Assembly: GCA_963796275.1 (NCBI GenBank)
Contig: CAWCKY010000001.1
Location: forward strand, 96,001 to 160,000
Reading direction: 5' to 3'
DNA: 64,000 bases
Source: an uncultured Acidobacteriota bacterium
GTDB taxonomy: Bacteria; Acidobacteriota; Blastocatellia; RBC074
Shown in pieces: positions 31,671 to 42,639 of this stretch. Under the pieces are notes generated by a model. It had not been told where the DNA came from. It saw only the letters and a list, made by a program, of their open reading frames with translations, and made no database searches. Made by a program: the position numbers and the translations under genes. The first letter of the stretch is position 1. Every line of letters begins with the position of its first letter.

Positions 31671-33740
31671 ATGCATAAGTCTGTGCGAGGCTGCTATATA
31701 TTTCTTGCGACCTTATTTGTGATTTTTTTCATTTGCGAAGCGCCGGGCTTGGCTAATGTTATCGTCCAACAAAAACAGGGCGATTCAACAGGTGAGATAG
31801 CCGATCAGATGGCCGAGAATCTGCGGCGTTTGCCGCAAAAACTCTCCGAGGCTTTGGCCGGACAATCGTCACAGAAAGCGAAGGGGGAATCAGGTCAACC
31901 ATCGCTCCAGGCCTCCGTATCTGAAGCGGTTCCCCAATCATCAAGGCATCAGTCCTCATCGGGGCAGAATACACAGGGGACCGGACAGGATCAGGGCGAT
32001 GGCTCGATACTTCAACTTCCAAAGGACAAGCCGCTCGGCGCTGCCGGCCCTAACCGTAACAGAAAACTCAGCCCTGATGAAGACGCTGATTTCCTCATCA
32101 TCAAGGACCGCTGGCGCATCGGCATTCCTGACGACCCGCGCTTCCGCAAGGGCAGCATATTCGATCCGTATAATCTGAACTTCCTGAAAGGCGATTACCC
32201 GATCATTGGCAACGACATTTTCATGGAACTCAATTTCGCAAGCGAGAGTTTCTTCAACCTCCGCCAACTCCCCACGCTGTCGGGCAAAAACGCCAACCTT
32301 CCCAGCAATTACGCGGCTTTCAACGGCGGGCGGCAGCAGTTCTTAAATCAAAACATCATATACTCGTTCGACTTGTTCAAAGGCGACGCCTCGTACAAAC
32401 CCGTCGATTGGCGCGTCAAGTTTACCGGCACAACCAACCTGAGTCTCCTGCGGGTGCGCGATAACGGAGTCGACAGTCAGGATCCGCGAAAGGGCAAATC
32501 GCGTTCTGACGGTTTCAACTCTATCGAGGAAGCCTTCGTCGAATGGCGGTTGGGCGACACGCCCAAACTGCTCCCATTCCTGCGCGGCAAAAAGAGCAAG
32601 GGCGGGCGCTCTCCCGAATTCGATACAACATCGATGCGCGTGGGCATCCAGGAATTCACCAGCGATTTCCGCGGTTTCGTTTTCAGCGACACGAACCTCG
32701 GCGCGAGAATGTACGGCAATTTCGAGTCGAACAGGTATCAGTACAACATTGTCTATTTCAACATGCTGGAAAAAGACACCAACAGCCAGCTTAACCAGAT
32801 CAATTTCGCCGAAATCGGGTTTCGCAACCAGAGGGTCTACATCGCCAACCTCTACCGCCAGGATACGTTCGTCGAAGGTTACACGCTGCAGTTCAGCACG
32901 CTCTATAACGACGACCAGGGGGGCATACTTCAGGATCAAAACAAATTGCAGGTGCGCCCCTCGCTGCTCGGCACTCCCGTTCCGCACCGAGTTCAGGCGG
33001 GTTATTTCGGCGTTAACGGCGACGGTCATTTCGGCCGTTTGAACCTCACGAACTCATTCTACCAGGTGATCGGACGCGACACGTTCAACGGGCTGTCTAA
33101 CGGCTATCAACGCATCAACGCCCAGATGGGAGCGGTTGAATTCTCGTTGGATTACGACTTTATTCGTTACCGCCTGGCCGGCTTCTACTCTTCGGGCGAC
33201 TCAAATCCGAAGGACGGGACGGCGAAAGGCTTCGACTCGATTGTAGACCAACCGAATTTCGCCGGCGGCGAATTCAGTTTCTGGAATTCCCAGGAGATCC
33301 GGTTGTCTCAAACCGGCGCGGAGTTGGTCGGGCCGAAAAGCCTGGTCCCCGCCTTGCGCAGCACCAAGCTTCAAGGGCAAGCAAATTTCGTCAACCCCGG
33401 CCTGATGCTTTTCAACGCGGGCATCGACGTCAACGTGACGCCGAAATTGCGATCGTTCATCAACTACAATTACCTGCGGTTCGTACGCACCGAGCCACTT
33501 GAACTCGCTTTGTTACAAAACAACATCCGTCACGAAATCGGCCACGATCTGGGAATCGGGTTCACTTATCGTCCGCTGTTGAGCGAGAATATCGTCCTGA
33601 CCGCCGGAGCCTCCGGGCTCAGAAGCGGTCGCGGCTTCACCGACATCTTTTCGTCGAATTGCGGTGGCATTGGGCAAGGATGCGGGGCGACTACCCCCAC
33701 GCTCTTCTCGACATTCATGAAGGTGAAGTTTCGATATTGA
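31671..33740 (+). CDS. Putative outer-membrane beta-barrel protein
   Basis: Signal peptide, alternating aromatic/Gly strands, C-terminal FRY; GIQEFTSDFRGF motif. Confidence 0.75.
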   Translation: MHKSVRGCYIFLATLFVIFFICEAPGLANVIVQQKQGDSTGEIADQMAENLRRLPQKLSEALAGQSSQKAKGESGQPSLQASVSEAVPQSSRHQSSSGQNTQGTGQDQGDGSILQLPKDKPLGAAGPNRNRKLSPDEDADFLIIKDRWRIGIPDDPRFRKGSIFDPYNLNFLKGDYPIIGNDIFMELNFASESFFNLRQLPTLSGKNANLPSNYAAFNGGRQQFLNQNIIYSFDLFKGDASYKPVDWRVKFTGTTNLSLLRVRDNGVDSQDPRKGKSRSDGFNSIEEAFVEWRLGDTPKLLPFLRGKKSKGGRSPEFDTTSMRVGIQEFTSDFRGFVFSDTNLGARMYGNFESNRYQYNIVYFNMLEKDTNSQLNQINFAEIGFRNQRVYIANLYRQDTFVEGYTLQFSTLYNDDQGGILQDQNKLQVRPSLLGTPVPHRVQAGYFGVNGDGHFGRLNLTNSFYQVIGRDTFNGLSNGYQRINAQMGAVEFSLDYDFIRYRLAGFYSSGDSNPKDGTAKGFDSIVDQPNFAGGEFSFWNSQEIRLSQTGAELVGPKSLVPALRSTKLQGQANFVNPGLMLFNAGIDVNVTPKLRSFINYNYLRFVRTEPLELALLQNNIRHEIGHDLGIGFTYRPLLSENIVLTAGASGLRSGRGFTDIFSSNCGGIGQGCGATTPTLFSTFMKVKFRY

Positions 33741-34403
33741 GAGATTGATCGCATGCAGGTTCAACGTATCGTTTGGGAGACGATCAAAATCTGATTGCTG
33801 GTCTGGCCCTCAATAGTGGCAGTCTCTTCCCTGACAATTTCAGACAGCCTTCCATATGCGCTCAAATTCCGGCTACCTGCACGCCACGCGCGGCTTTTTG
33901 TGTCTGTACATTGCAGCGCCCCTCAAGCTCCCGTATATCCTATGAGGGGAGACGCCTCGCCAGTCTCCGCCCGGTGGGGGAGGTTTTTCATCCAACTCCC
34001 ACGCGTCACACATCTTCCCACTTCGTTGTGTACGCCGGGGACCTCATAAGAATGCCGCGTATTGGCACGAGTGGATCCGCAACCTTGCGCTCGAGATACG
34101 CCCCCCATCACCGCAAATCGCACCACAAATCGTTCCGCCGTCGCGGATTCGGTAGTCTTTTTGTCGTTTGTTAGCCAATGCCTATTCATATTCTCCCTTT
34201 TGAAGGTAATTAATTACCTTGACCATTTTTGTGTGCTTCCGGTTTTCGTTCGTGGGTCATAAGGCCGGAATCCAGCCCCACATATTGCTGTAACAATTTT
34301 ATGGCATTTCGATAGATCGTGTTTCCAGAGACCCAATAAAGTCAGAGGGAAAGTTAATAACAACATCTATTGCCCCCATAATTACTGTTCAGCCTTGTTC
34401 CGC

Positions 34404-35342
34404 CTAGAAATTGATTGAGCCTGAAATCTGAAGTGAGAACCCCTGAAATGTTGACCTGTTCGAGAATTCCTTAAAATACTTAACGCCCAGGGTCACGTTC
34501 CGCTCCGGCAATATCACGTTCGACGCAAATCCAATGGCATTGACCTGATAATGAGCCTTTGCCTGCTCCGATGTTATGGTTGGCCCGCTTTTATCTGTGG
34601 TTTGCCACTGACCGTAGCCGACTAGCCCGACTTGCAGGCTAATATCATCACGCAGCGGAATAGTCTGCGTCAGCGAATAGTCGAGACTCAAGGTTTGGCC
34701 CGGATGTATATTGGTGCCTTTCTGAGTGCTATGGAATTCGTACATCTGGAAGGCAGAAACGGCTGTCGCCCTATTCTTTGTCAGGTAGAACGTTTGGCCC
34801 GAAGACAAGGCATGGGTCCAATAACCCGAACCGACGTTATTGTCCGCCCCAGCCTTGAACCTTCCGGTTGGGGCCAGGAAGCCGTAAACCGCCCGGATGG
34901 CGATGCGTTTCTTTTGCCAGCCCAGGATGAACGGCTGATAATAAGAGTCAGCGAATCCGCCGCCGCCGCTGATGGCACCCACAGCATCTGAAGTAAGAGA
35001 GTTATTGGCGACCGGCAGAGTGGCCGAAAGCGAAAATCTTGCGCCGCCCAATATCTCCTTCTTGCTGACCCAAATGAGGGAGTTCATATCCATCAAAACC
35101 GATTGACCCCCAGTGGCCAGGATCTCGCCATCAGGCCCCTTCAGTTGGTTGCGCGAGTAGAACAGAAATTGGTTTGAGTAGGTGAATCCGGATTCGGGCG
35201 TGATTCCGGAGTTGGTAGCGTTCATGCCGAGTGGATATACGCCTCTGACCTGCGCCTCTGCTGGAACATAGCCAATAAAAGCGTATGTCATCACGAGCAG
35301 CCCAGCCGAAATAATCCATCCTGGGCTAAGATTTTTTGTCAC
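34404..35342 (-). CDS. SphA / phenol MetA-pathway-type outer-membrane channel
   Basis: Signal peptide, D.Y.QPFILGW, APTGRF, NVGSGYWT, C-terminal F. Confidence 0.82.
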   Translation of the reverse strand: MTKNLSPGWIISAGLLVMTYAFIGYVPAEAQVRGVYPLGMNATNSGITPESGFTYSNQFLFYSRNQLKGPDGEILATGGQSVLMDMNSLIWVSKKEILGGARFSLSATLPVANNSLTSDAVGAISGGGGFADSYYQPFILGWQKKRIAIRAVYGFLAPTGRFKAGADNNVGSGYWTHALSSGQTFYLTKNRATAVSAFQMYEFHSTQKGTNIHPGQTLSLDYSLTQTIPLRDDISLQVGLVGYGQWQTTDKSGPTITSEQAKAHYQVNAIGFASNVILPERNVTLGVKYFKEFSNRSTFQGFSLQISGSINF

Positions 35343-36760
35343 GAGATATCGTTCGCCTCCATCTCCGCTTGCCAGCGCAATTTCAGATTGAGCTGGCGAG
35401 CCGCGCTTGCCGCCACGCGACCGAGGATCCCGGCGTAGGTAGGAAATGAAAGTGGAACTTGAGCCAGCTCATCCACTCGCATCCCGGCGGCAATGGCGAT
35501 GGTTGCCACCTGGGTGATATCGACCGCACGCTCGCCAACGACGTGGCAGCCCAAGATTTTGTATGTCGCGCGGTCGGCGATCAGCTTGCAGAAACCGGCC
35601 GTCCGCCCATCGATGATCGTGCGTGTAGTCGAATCGAAGGGCACAACCGCCGTCACGACATCGTGTGTTTCTCGGGCCTTCGCCTCGGTCAGGCCCACCT
35701 GTGCATACTCCGGATCGGTGAAGCTGCCGATCGGACTCACCTGATCCCCAAGCGTCATCGTCGCGCCTCGCACTGCATTGGTGGCAGCCACAAAGCCATC
35801 CTGTATCGCCTGTGGGACCAGCAACAGACGCCCGGTGATGTCCCCGGCGGCGAAGATATGTGGCGCAGATGTACGTAAGTAAGCGTCAACCTGCACGAAG
35901 CCCCGATGATCGATATCGACGCCTGCCGTCGCGAGGTTCACCCCGGCGGTATTGGCAACCCAGCCCACCGTCACGACCGCGAGAGCAGCCTCTGCGCTGT
36001 CCCGTGCGCCGTCTTTCGAGAAGATCATGCGCACGCCGCTCGGCATCTTCTCGAAAGACTCGATATCGCCGAAGTCCTCGCGCACAACTATTCCTGAACC
36101 GCGAAACGCCGCCGCGACTGCCGCCGATACGTCCTCGTCCTCAGTAGGCAGAATGCGCGGGCCTGCCTGGAAGAGTTGGACTCGCGAACCGAAGGCGTTG
36201 AAAATTGAGGCGACCTGCGCTCCAGTCGCACCCCCGCCAATGACCAGCATAGACGGCGGGACGGAAGTCAGACCCCAGGCGTCGCTGTGTGTGGCAGTCA
36301 ACTCGAAGCCGGGGACGGAGAGTCGCCGGCTCACGCCGCCCGTGCAAATGATGATCTTTTCAGCCCGCAGCCGCAGCCCGCTCTCGGTTTCGATAGTGTG
36401 CAGATCGGCAAAGCGCGCGGCGCCGGCCTGCTCGTAGACGGTCACTCCCAGTGAATCGATCTGCCCGCGGAATGCAGAATGGGCACGCACATCGTTGACG
36501 ACCGCACGCACGCGCGCAAGCAGACTGGGATAGTCCAGCACCGGCTCGCTCACAGCGATGCCGTACTGACCGAGTTGGCGGGCTTCTCGGATCAGCCGGG
36601 CGGCATGAGCCAGTGTCCGCACCGGAACCGGACCGTCGTTCGCCGCCATTCCGCCAAATTCGTCACGGGTTATGAGTGCTGTCTTGGCGCCCAGGTCTGC
36701 GGCGCGCAGCGCGGCGACCATACCTGCAGGTCCGGCGCCAATAACGATGACGTCTAACAT
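35339..36760 (-). CDS. Dihydrolipoamide dehydrogenase-like flavoprotein lacking the redox cysteines
   Basis: VIGAGPAG, IGGGATG, IFAAGD, FTDPE; GGMAANDGPVP replaces GGxCxxxGCxP. Confidence 0.88.
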   Translation of the reverse strand: MLDVIVIGAGPAGMVAALRAADLGAKTALITRDEFGGMAANDGPVPVRTLAHAARLIREARQLGQYGIAVSEPVLDYPSLLARVRAVVNDVRAHSAFRGQIDSLGVTVYEQAGAARFADLHTIETESGLRLRAEKIIICTGGVSRRLSVPGFELTATHSDAWGLTSVPPSMLVIGGGATGAQVASIFNAFGSRVQLFQAGPRILPTEDEDVSAAVAAAFRGSGIVVREDFGDIESFEKMPSGVRMIFSKDGARDSAEAALAVVTVGWVANTAGVNLATAGVDIDHRGFVQVDAYLRTSAPHIFAAGDITGRLLLVPQAIQDGFVAATNAVRGATMTLGDQVSPIGSFTDPEYAQVGLTEAKARETHDVVTAVVPFDSTTRTIIDGRTAGFCKLIADRATYKILGCHVVGERAVDITQVATIAIAAGMRVDELAQVPLSFPTYAGILGRVAASAARQLNLKLRWQAEMEANDIS

Positions 36761-36774
36761 CTACGACTCTCCTT

Positions 36775-38109
36775 CTATGTTTGGAGGTCGGCCAGCCATC
36801 GCAGTGCTCGCAGTCCGGGCATAAAGCAATATTCACCACCCCGCGTGACGACAAACCGCGGGAGGCCCTGAAGGCGCCTGCGAACCGGTCGCCGTGGGAC
36901 TGTAAAGCTGGTGCCCTCTTCGTTCGATCCGACAATGGGATCCTTGGCATCCTCTCCCCCGAAGAAAACACCATCATTTATCCATTGAGACTGGACGAAC
37001 TCGAACTGCCGCCCCAGATGCGCTCCGACAAACGCGAACATCAACCCTCGATCGGCGCCATCGTCCTCCAGAACTCCTTCCGGGAGTGGCGGGCCATAAG
37101 CAGTTCCGCGCCGGATCATGCGGTGTATCCTGGCTACGCCGGCTACGGACGCGTCTCGCGGGTTTGTCCGCCTGATGTGCGAGCCGCCGGGAGTCTTGAA
37201 TCCTGCCGGGTCGTCCTCTTCATAGAGGAAATCGTTGTTGCGTCGCCTATCGGCGCCCAGTTCGGGATCGTCGTGGAACGGGCAGAGCGCCAGGGGCGCG
37301 CCGCTGCGCCAGCGCCCCATCGTCTTGGCCGCCAGTAGTTCTTCATCCTCAGGGCCGGTAGAGTTCGCCTTCAGGTATTCGCGAAATGCCGCCACACGCT
37401 GGTGTAGCTTGCGGAATACGACATAGGTCCCGTTGCGGCCCAGAACCTCGGGCTGAGTTATCTGAATGCCGCTTATCTCGTCTCTATAGCCAAGAACGAA
37501 TTCGCCCGCCTTAAGAGGTTGTTCCTTGGGATTGGTTCCAGGAATGCCGCTCCCTTCGATCGCCGGGTGGCTGATGCCGTCTCTGAATCCGAAGGGCTCC
37601 TTTTCGCTTGGCAGCGCATGGCAGTCCTGTCGCCAGATCGCAGTTATCCCCGGCAGTTCCTGGTACGCCTTCCGAGCGCGATCGAGTACCACCTTAAGTT
37701 GCTGAGCATCCGGGGAGACTGCGACGAGCACTACATGGACGTCCGGCGTCCCTAGCGGTTTTTCCCAGTTATCAGGACTGCTCTCGTTGGTATCTCCCAG
37801 CTCTTTCGCGCGCGCGGCCATTCCCTGCCGGAACTCCCAGGCGAAGCTGTCGAGCGAATCCTGCGGCACGCCGAGAGCCTTGAGACCCTGGTAGGTGAGC
37901 GCGACGCTCACCCAGGTATCGGCTAAAGGGCTGGTTGGATCAGCGGCCGAGGTCACGACTGCACTCACTCGCCGCATCAATTCCCGCCCCGCTTTGCGGT
38001 CGTCAATCCTGAACACAATGTAAGTTGCCGCATACGGAGTCGGCCGTGGGCGCAGGACTCCGCTTTGGATGTCGTCCAGTTCGAGCATGACGTTAGCTTC
38101 TCCGGTCAT
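36775..38109 (-). CDS. Dyp-type peroxidase
   Basis: EPFGFRDGISHP, SHIRRTNPRD, MIRRGTAYG, QFEFVQ, GGEYCFMP. Confidence 0.92.
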   Translation of the reverse strand: MTGEANVMLELDDIQSGVLRPRPTPYAATYIVFRIDDRKAGRELMRRVSAVVTSAADPTSPLADTWVSVALTYQGLKALGVPQDSLDSFAWEFRQGMAARAKELGDTNESSPDNWEKPLGTPDVHVVLVAVSPDAQQLKVVLDRARKAYQELPGITAIWRQDCHALPSEKEPFGFRDGISHPAIEGSGIPGTNPKEQPLKAGEFVLGYRDEISGIQITQPEVLGRNGTYVVFRKLHQRVAAFREYLKANSTGPEDEELLAAKTMGRWRSGAPLALCPFHDDPELGADRRRNNDFLYEEDDPAGFKTPGGSHIRRTNPRDASVAGVARIHRMIRRGTAYGPPLPEGVLEDDGADRGLMFAFVGAHLGRQFEFVQSQWINDGVFFGGEDAKDPIVGSNEEGTSFTVPRRPVRRRLQGLPRFVVTRGGEYCFMPGLRALRWLADLQT

Positions 38110-38130
38110 ATATCCTTTCTTTCCGAATAG

Positions 38131-38198
38131 CCTCACTTTGCCGTGGCGATATTCTTCCAGAAGTTTTCCAGGCTCTCGTCACGAACAGTGTGGTGAAG
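38131..38198. repeat. Diverged copy of the 3' end of the 38654 gene
   Basis: Encodes ..DESLENFWKNIATAK* versus DKSLENFWKNIATAK* at 38654-38701. Confidence 0.85.
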
Positions 38199-38212
38199 TG
38201 TCATCTCGCAAG

Positions 38213-38617
38213 TCACTTGCTAGTTCCTTTCGTCCACGCCCAGGCTGTTATGCGCCACCCTTCGGCGAGTTTGCGAAGCGCCACCGTAAGGATCGCGCCA
38301 GTTTGCGTAACCTGTTGGCCGTGTACTTTGAACGTCATGGTCGCGGGAACAACCACATACGCGCTATCGCCGGTGACGTTGTTATGCAACGGCTCGCCCA
38401 GCGTGACGAAATAGTTTGAAGCACCGTGTTGCTCACCTTCAATCAGCACATCTCGGTACCAATCCTGAGAGACTGTTGGTCCTTGCCACACGTGCGGCGC
38501 CATGCCGTCAAGAATCGAGCCCGGGATAGCGAAAGTCGCAGCCATCGCCTTTCCGTCACCTTTGTTAAAGTTTTCGATGTATTGGTGTACTGTCGCCATC
38601 GGATCTGTCGTAGCCAT
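38213..38617 (-). CDS. SnoaL/NTF2-like protein
   Basis: VHQYIENFNKGD, VTGDSAYVVVP, GWRITAWAW. Confidence 0.85.
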   Translation of the reverse strand: MATTDPMATVHQYIENFNKGDGKAMAATFAIPGSILDGMAPHVWQGPTVSQDWYRDVLIEGEQHGASNYFVTLGEPLHNNVTGDSAYVVVPATMTFKVHGQQVTQTGAILTVALRKLAEGWRITAWAWTKGTSK

Positions 38618-38653
38618 TTCATTCTCCTTTTTGGATTGCGCTGAGTGATGTCC

Positions 38654-39674
38654 TCACTTCGCTGTTGCAATATTCTTCCAGAAGTTTTCCAGGCTCTTAT
38701 CCAGACCGAAAAGCGTGCTGAAGATCGTGGAATCCGCCAACAGCACATCGCCGGCCCGGTCGCCGCTCGGGGGCATCCAGAGAAACATGTTGAATTCCCG
38801 ATTTCCTGCTTCCGTGAACGGATGTGGCTTGGACATGTCGATCGGCTGTCTGGCGAGAACATGAATGGACTTGGTGTCATCAGTTGTCAGCGCATAGTGC
38901 GGCAGGTGCGAATGGAAGTTGAAGGTTGTAACCCCCTGGAGCCAGCCTCTGGTATCCAGATCCCTCGCAATGGACAAGGGAGCGAGCGTTTTGGTTCCCG
39001 GGACCAGCGCGGGACGCAGACCATAGCGATTCTCGATGGGTACTCCGATTCCCCTCATCAGGGATCGCGTGTACTTGCCGAAGCGTTGCTGGCGGGGCAC
39101 CAGAGCGTCGCCGTGGTGGTAGTACTCCATGTCGCGCACTTTCGGATCGTCTGAAACTCCGACCTCGTGATGTGGACCCAGGATCAGACAGGTTCCCTCG
39201 CGCTTGAGAAACTGCCGAAGGGCTTCGATCTCTTCCGGCGCGGCCTCCTGCTCCGTAACCATATGGTCCAAACCAAACACCAGCAGGGTGTCTGCGTCTG
39301 CCAGAACCCGCTCGTCGAGAGGAAGTTTGAACCCTGCCTGGTCGATCCGCTGAAACACCGGGACTACATGCCCGGTAGTATCACCGACGAACTGCTGGAA
39401 CGGCACCCAGGCCCAGAAGAACAATTCCAGGGCTCCCGTAATTCCTTGCTGGAACTGTAACCGATCAGACCACTCAGGCGCTTCATAGGCGGGCCATGCC
39501 ACCCGCCGAACCTCGGTCATCGTTGAGAATCGGTTATCCAGCTCGGCCGGATTCCTGTTAGCCTCAGCCGGGTAACTCCATGCAGATGTAGATACTCACT
39601 CGTCGCCGGCTCGGAGTATATTTCCGCGGCACATGGTTTTGGTTATATGTCCGTGCAGTTGTCGGTTGGCTCAT
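38654..39674 (-). CDS. Conserved hypothetical protein of the Dyp operon (frameshift near 39584 detaches the N-terminus)
   Basis: AAGG RBS and ATG at 39674 give MSQPTTARTYNQNHVPR; the shifted frame continues AWSYPAE...RFSTMTEVRR. Confidence 0.65.
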
Positions 39675-39690
39675 TTCCTTCTCCTTCTAG

Positions 39691-40224
39691 TCACTGCATC
39701 TGATCGAGCATCTCAGACATGGCGTTCTTGATCCTCAAGGCCTTCTTAATCTCGTCGGCAGAGAAAAACGGATACTCCCCGTATTCTATAAAGCTCGGGC
39801 ACTGGTGGTCCCGGACGAATCTGATGAACGCTTCAGGGTTTGTTTTCCAGTCCGTCGGAAACCCCTCGAGATTCTCGAAGACCGTGTCGACGCCGCCCTT
39901 TGTGAAGAGAGCTATCGCGTCCTCGGTGTATTTGTCGAAATCGGTGTCGAAGATTCCCTGGTACATAAACCGTGTGTCGTCATCGAAGAGCACCCAGCGC
40001 AGGTAGTGGAGCTTGAGCGGCGCGAGCAGGTAAGGGTCAGCTTCCAACGCATTTGCCAGCTTGTACCCGTAGTTGCGGATTATCTCTGCTCTACCAGGCT
40101 TGATTTTCGCGATGATCGTAAACCCATGACACGCCGGCGTCTTGGGATAGATCGGACCGTATTTCCCCTTTTCCAGCTTGTCGGTCTCCTTTGGTATGAC
40201 GACTGCTTGTGGCTTGATCTCCAT
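39691..40224 (-). CDS. Hypothetical protein, first gene of the Dyp operon
   Basis: AAGGAG RBS; LHYLRWVLFDDDTRFMYQGIFDTDFDKY, FENLEGFP. Confidence 0.75.
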   Translation of the reverse strand: MEIKPQAVVIPKETDKLEKGKYGPIYPKTPACHGFTIIAKIKPGRAEIIRNYGYKLANALEADPYLLAPLKLHYLRWVLFDDDTRFMYQGIFDTDFDKYTEDAIALFTKGGVDTVFENLEGFPTDWKTNPEAFIRFVRDHQCPSFIEYGEYPFFSADEIKKALRIKNAMSEMLDQMQ

Positions 40225-40785
40225 GTAGATTCTCCTTTTCTTTGTTGGCTCATATCCACCGTGCCTGTGGTTAAATTGAGGGTTAAATTATCTGGAGGTG
40301 GGTTGCTGTGCAGGAGTCGAGTATTGCCGATACATAGGATCACGGGTCTAGGACCCCAGCTACCCGGATTGTTAGCTGGGGTTCTCACCCGGGTGCTGCA
40401 GCGAGCCTACCTGATTCCAGCCGCATTTTCAAACTTCTGCCAGTTTCCGCTATCGCCGCGCTTGTATACGTTCCCATCCCGCTCCCGCGTACAGATAGAT
40501 TCTCCACGCTCGACCCAACAAACCCGCCGCCTTCGGGCCCGCGCCGGCTTATCATCCCACTTCATCGGTACGTGTCACGCGCCGACTTCTTCGGAGGCAA
40601 CATTGTGAGCAACCCACACGCCGGCCGCCTGGGCACGGTGTCATGTTGGAAATCCATTGGCTGACGGCTCGGGACTGTTCGAATCTGATCCTTGGGTCGG
40701 CGCGCTTGCCGAGATCACACGGCTGAAGCCAGCAACGTGGACGTGCCGCTTGCTATCGTCATGAGGCGAGTCCTACAATGATGAT

Positions 40786-41367
40786 ATGAGAATATTTTTA
40801 GCTGGCGCCTCCGGCGTTATTGGGCAGCGGTTGATTCCCAGGTTGGTTCAGGCTGGGCACGTAGTCGGCGGCATGACGCGCTCGCCCACCAAAACGGAGT
40901 TGCTGAGGCACCTCGGTGCCGAACCGATTCTTTGTGATGTCTTCGATCGGGAGGCACTTATCCAGGCGGTTCATGACTTCAAACCGGACGTCCTGCTGAA
41001 CGAGCTGACCGATCTGCCGGATGATGCGGCGCTGATCAGTGGACTCGCAGATATGAACGCTCGCATCCGAACCGAGGGAACCCGGAATCTGATCGAGGCT
41101 GCGCGACAGAGCGGGTCGCCGAAAATCCTGGCTCAAAGCGTCGCCTGGCAATTATCAGATGGACCAGATGCCCAGGCTGTTGCGGAACTGGAGCGTTCCG
41201 TTCTCGCCGTGGGCGGCGTTGTGCTTCGCTATGGCCAGTTTTACGGGCCTGGCACCTATAACGAGCAGCATCCACCCGAGGAACCTCGGGTTCACATCGA
41301 CCGAGCTGCGGAACGAACGGTGGAGGCGCTGGCCGAGCCATCGGGCGTCGTCGTCATTATCGACTGA
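40786..41367 (+). CDS. NAD-dependent epimerase/dehydratase family protein
   Basis: MRIFLAGASGVIG, VLRYGQFYGPGT. Confidence 0.88.
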   Translation: MRIFLAGASGVIGQRLIPRLVQAGHVVGGMTRSPTKTELLRHLGAEPILCDVFDREALIQAVHDFKPDVLLNELTDLPDDAALISGLADMNARIRTEGTRNLIEAARQSGSPKILAQSVAWQLSDGPDAQAVAELERSVLAVGGVVLRYGQFYGPGTYNEQHPPEEPRVHIDRAAERTVEALAEPSGVVVIID

Positions 41368-41435
41368 GCGAGTGACCGCAAAGCCGACCGGCAGGTTCGA
41401 AATGCCTCGGTCGAAACGGAAAGGAAAGGACAACC

Positions 41436-41834
41436 ATGAAAAAAGTAGTAATCGGTGGTAATGGACTGTTGGCGCTGGCCTTTCTCATAACCAGCACCCT
41501 GATGGCGCAGGAGACTATTACGCGGCTCATGTCGAATGATCTGTCAGGAGATTCCGGCAAGGAAGTTCTGATGTACACCGTGGACTTCCCGGCGGGGTTT
41601 TCGAGCCCTGTACACCGCCACAATGCGCAGGTGTCTCTTTACGTGCTGGAGGGCTCCGTCGTGATGCAGGTGAAAGGGGGAAAGGAAATCACACTGACGC
41701 CAGGCCAGACCTTTTCTGAAGGTCCCAATGATATTCACGTCGTTAGCCGGAACGCGAGTAGTACAAAGCCAGCAAAATTCATTGTGTTCATGATTAAGGA
41801 GAAAGGTGCTCCGCTGGTGGTACCAGAAAAGTAA
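41436..41834 (+). CDS. Secreted cupin domain protein
   Basis: PVHRH, YVLEG, PGQTFSEGPNDIH. Confidence 0.9.
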   Translation: MKKVVIGGNGLLALAFLITSTLMAQETITRLMSNDLSGDSGKEVLMYTVDFPAGFSSPVHRHNAQVSLYVLEGSVVMQVKGGKEITLTPGQTFSEGPNDIHVVSRNASSTKPAKFIVFMIKEKGAPLVVPEK

Positions 41835-42247
41835 ACCAATAATTGCGAGCAGTTCTCTTTTTTTTCTTCTGTTAGTTTTCGTAATTTGATCGCTATCGAC
41901 AGTCTCCTAAATCGTTGCAGATTATTTATGAAACTTGCCGGATGCACCACTTAGGTCGCCGGATCAATTCATTTTCCACGCACCGTGGCCCGATCACGAG
42001 TGCCTCGAGGTGGCTCGGCTGGTCGCGGCCCGCGAGAGGCGCGTACGGATCGTTAACCTTTGAGACAAGTCTCCCTCAAGGGCTGCCTTATGAAAGGCGA
42101 CCTAACGGCGTATCGCACTGAGCAAGATCGGCCCCTCTTTCGTTTGAGCCAATCGATCGGGACACAGCCACCTTTATCGCCGCATGAATGCTCTCGGAAT
42201 TAATCTCGGGTAGGCAAAAGATAACTTGAAAGTGTATCTTTATGTAG

Positions 42248-42631
42248 ATGACACAGACGATATATGACTCCATCGGTGGCGAGCAAACTCTTCGCGCGCT
42301 GGTTGATCGGTTTTACGACTTAATGGATATACTGCCCGAAGCAACTGGCATCCGCGCCCTGCATCCTGAAACGCTGGATCATTCCCGTGAGAAGTTGTTT
42401 ATGTTTTTATCGGGTTGGATGGGCGGCCCGCAGCTTTACGTTGAGCGCTTCGGCCACCCGCGACTGCGCGCCCGCCATCTCCCTTTCCCAATCGGCGAAT
42501 CTGAACGAGATCAATGGCTTTTGTGCATGAATCGTGCGTTGGACGATGTAGTCGAGAATGGGCTGACACGAGTTCAGATCGCTCGTTCGTTCGCACAGCT
42601 TGCCGATTTCATGCGCAATAAGGAGGACTGA
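42248..42631 (+). CDS. glbO: Group II truncated hemoglobin
   Basis: YDSIGG, LVDRFY, FLSGWMGGPQLY, GHPRLRARHLPF, RDQWLLCM. Confidence 0.92.
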   Translation: MTQTIYDSIGGEQTLRALVDRFYDLMDILPEATGIRALHPETLDHSREKLFMFLSGWMGGPQLYVERFGHPRLRARHLPFPIGESERDQWLLCMNRALDDVVENGLTRVQIARSFAQLADFMRNKED

Positions 42632-42639
42632 TTCATCCA

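Noticed and set aside
39805-40608. 267-aa plus-strand ORF
   Set aside because: Antisense to the 39691 gene with implausible composition
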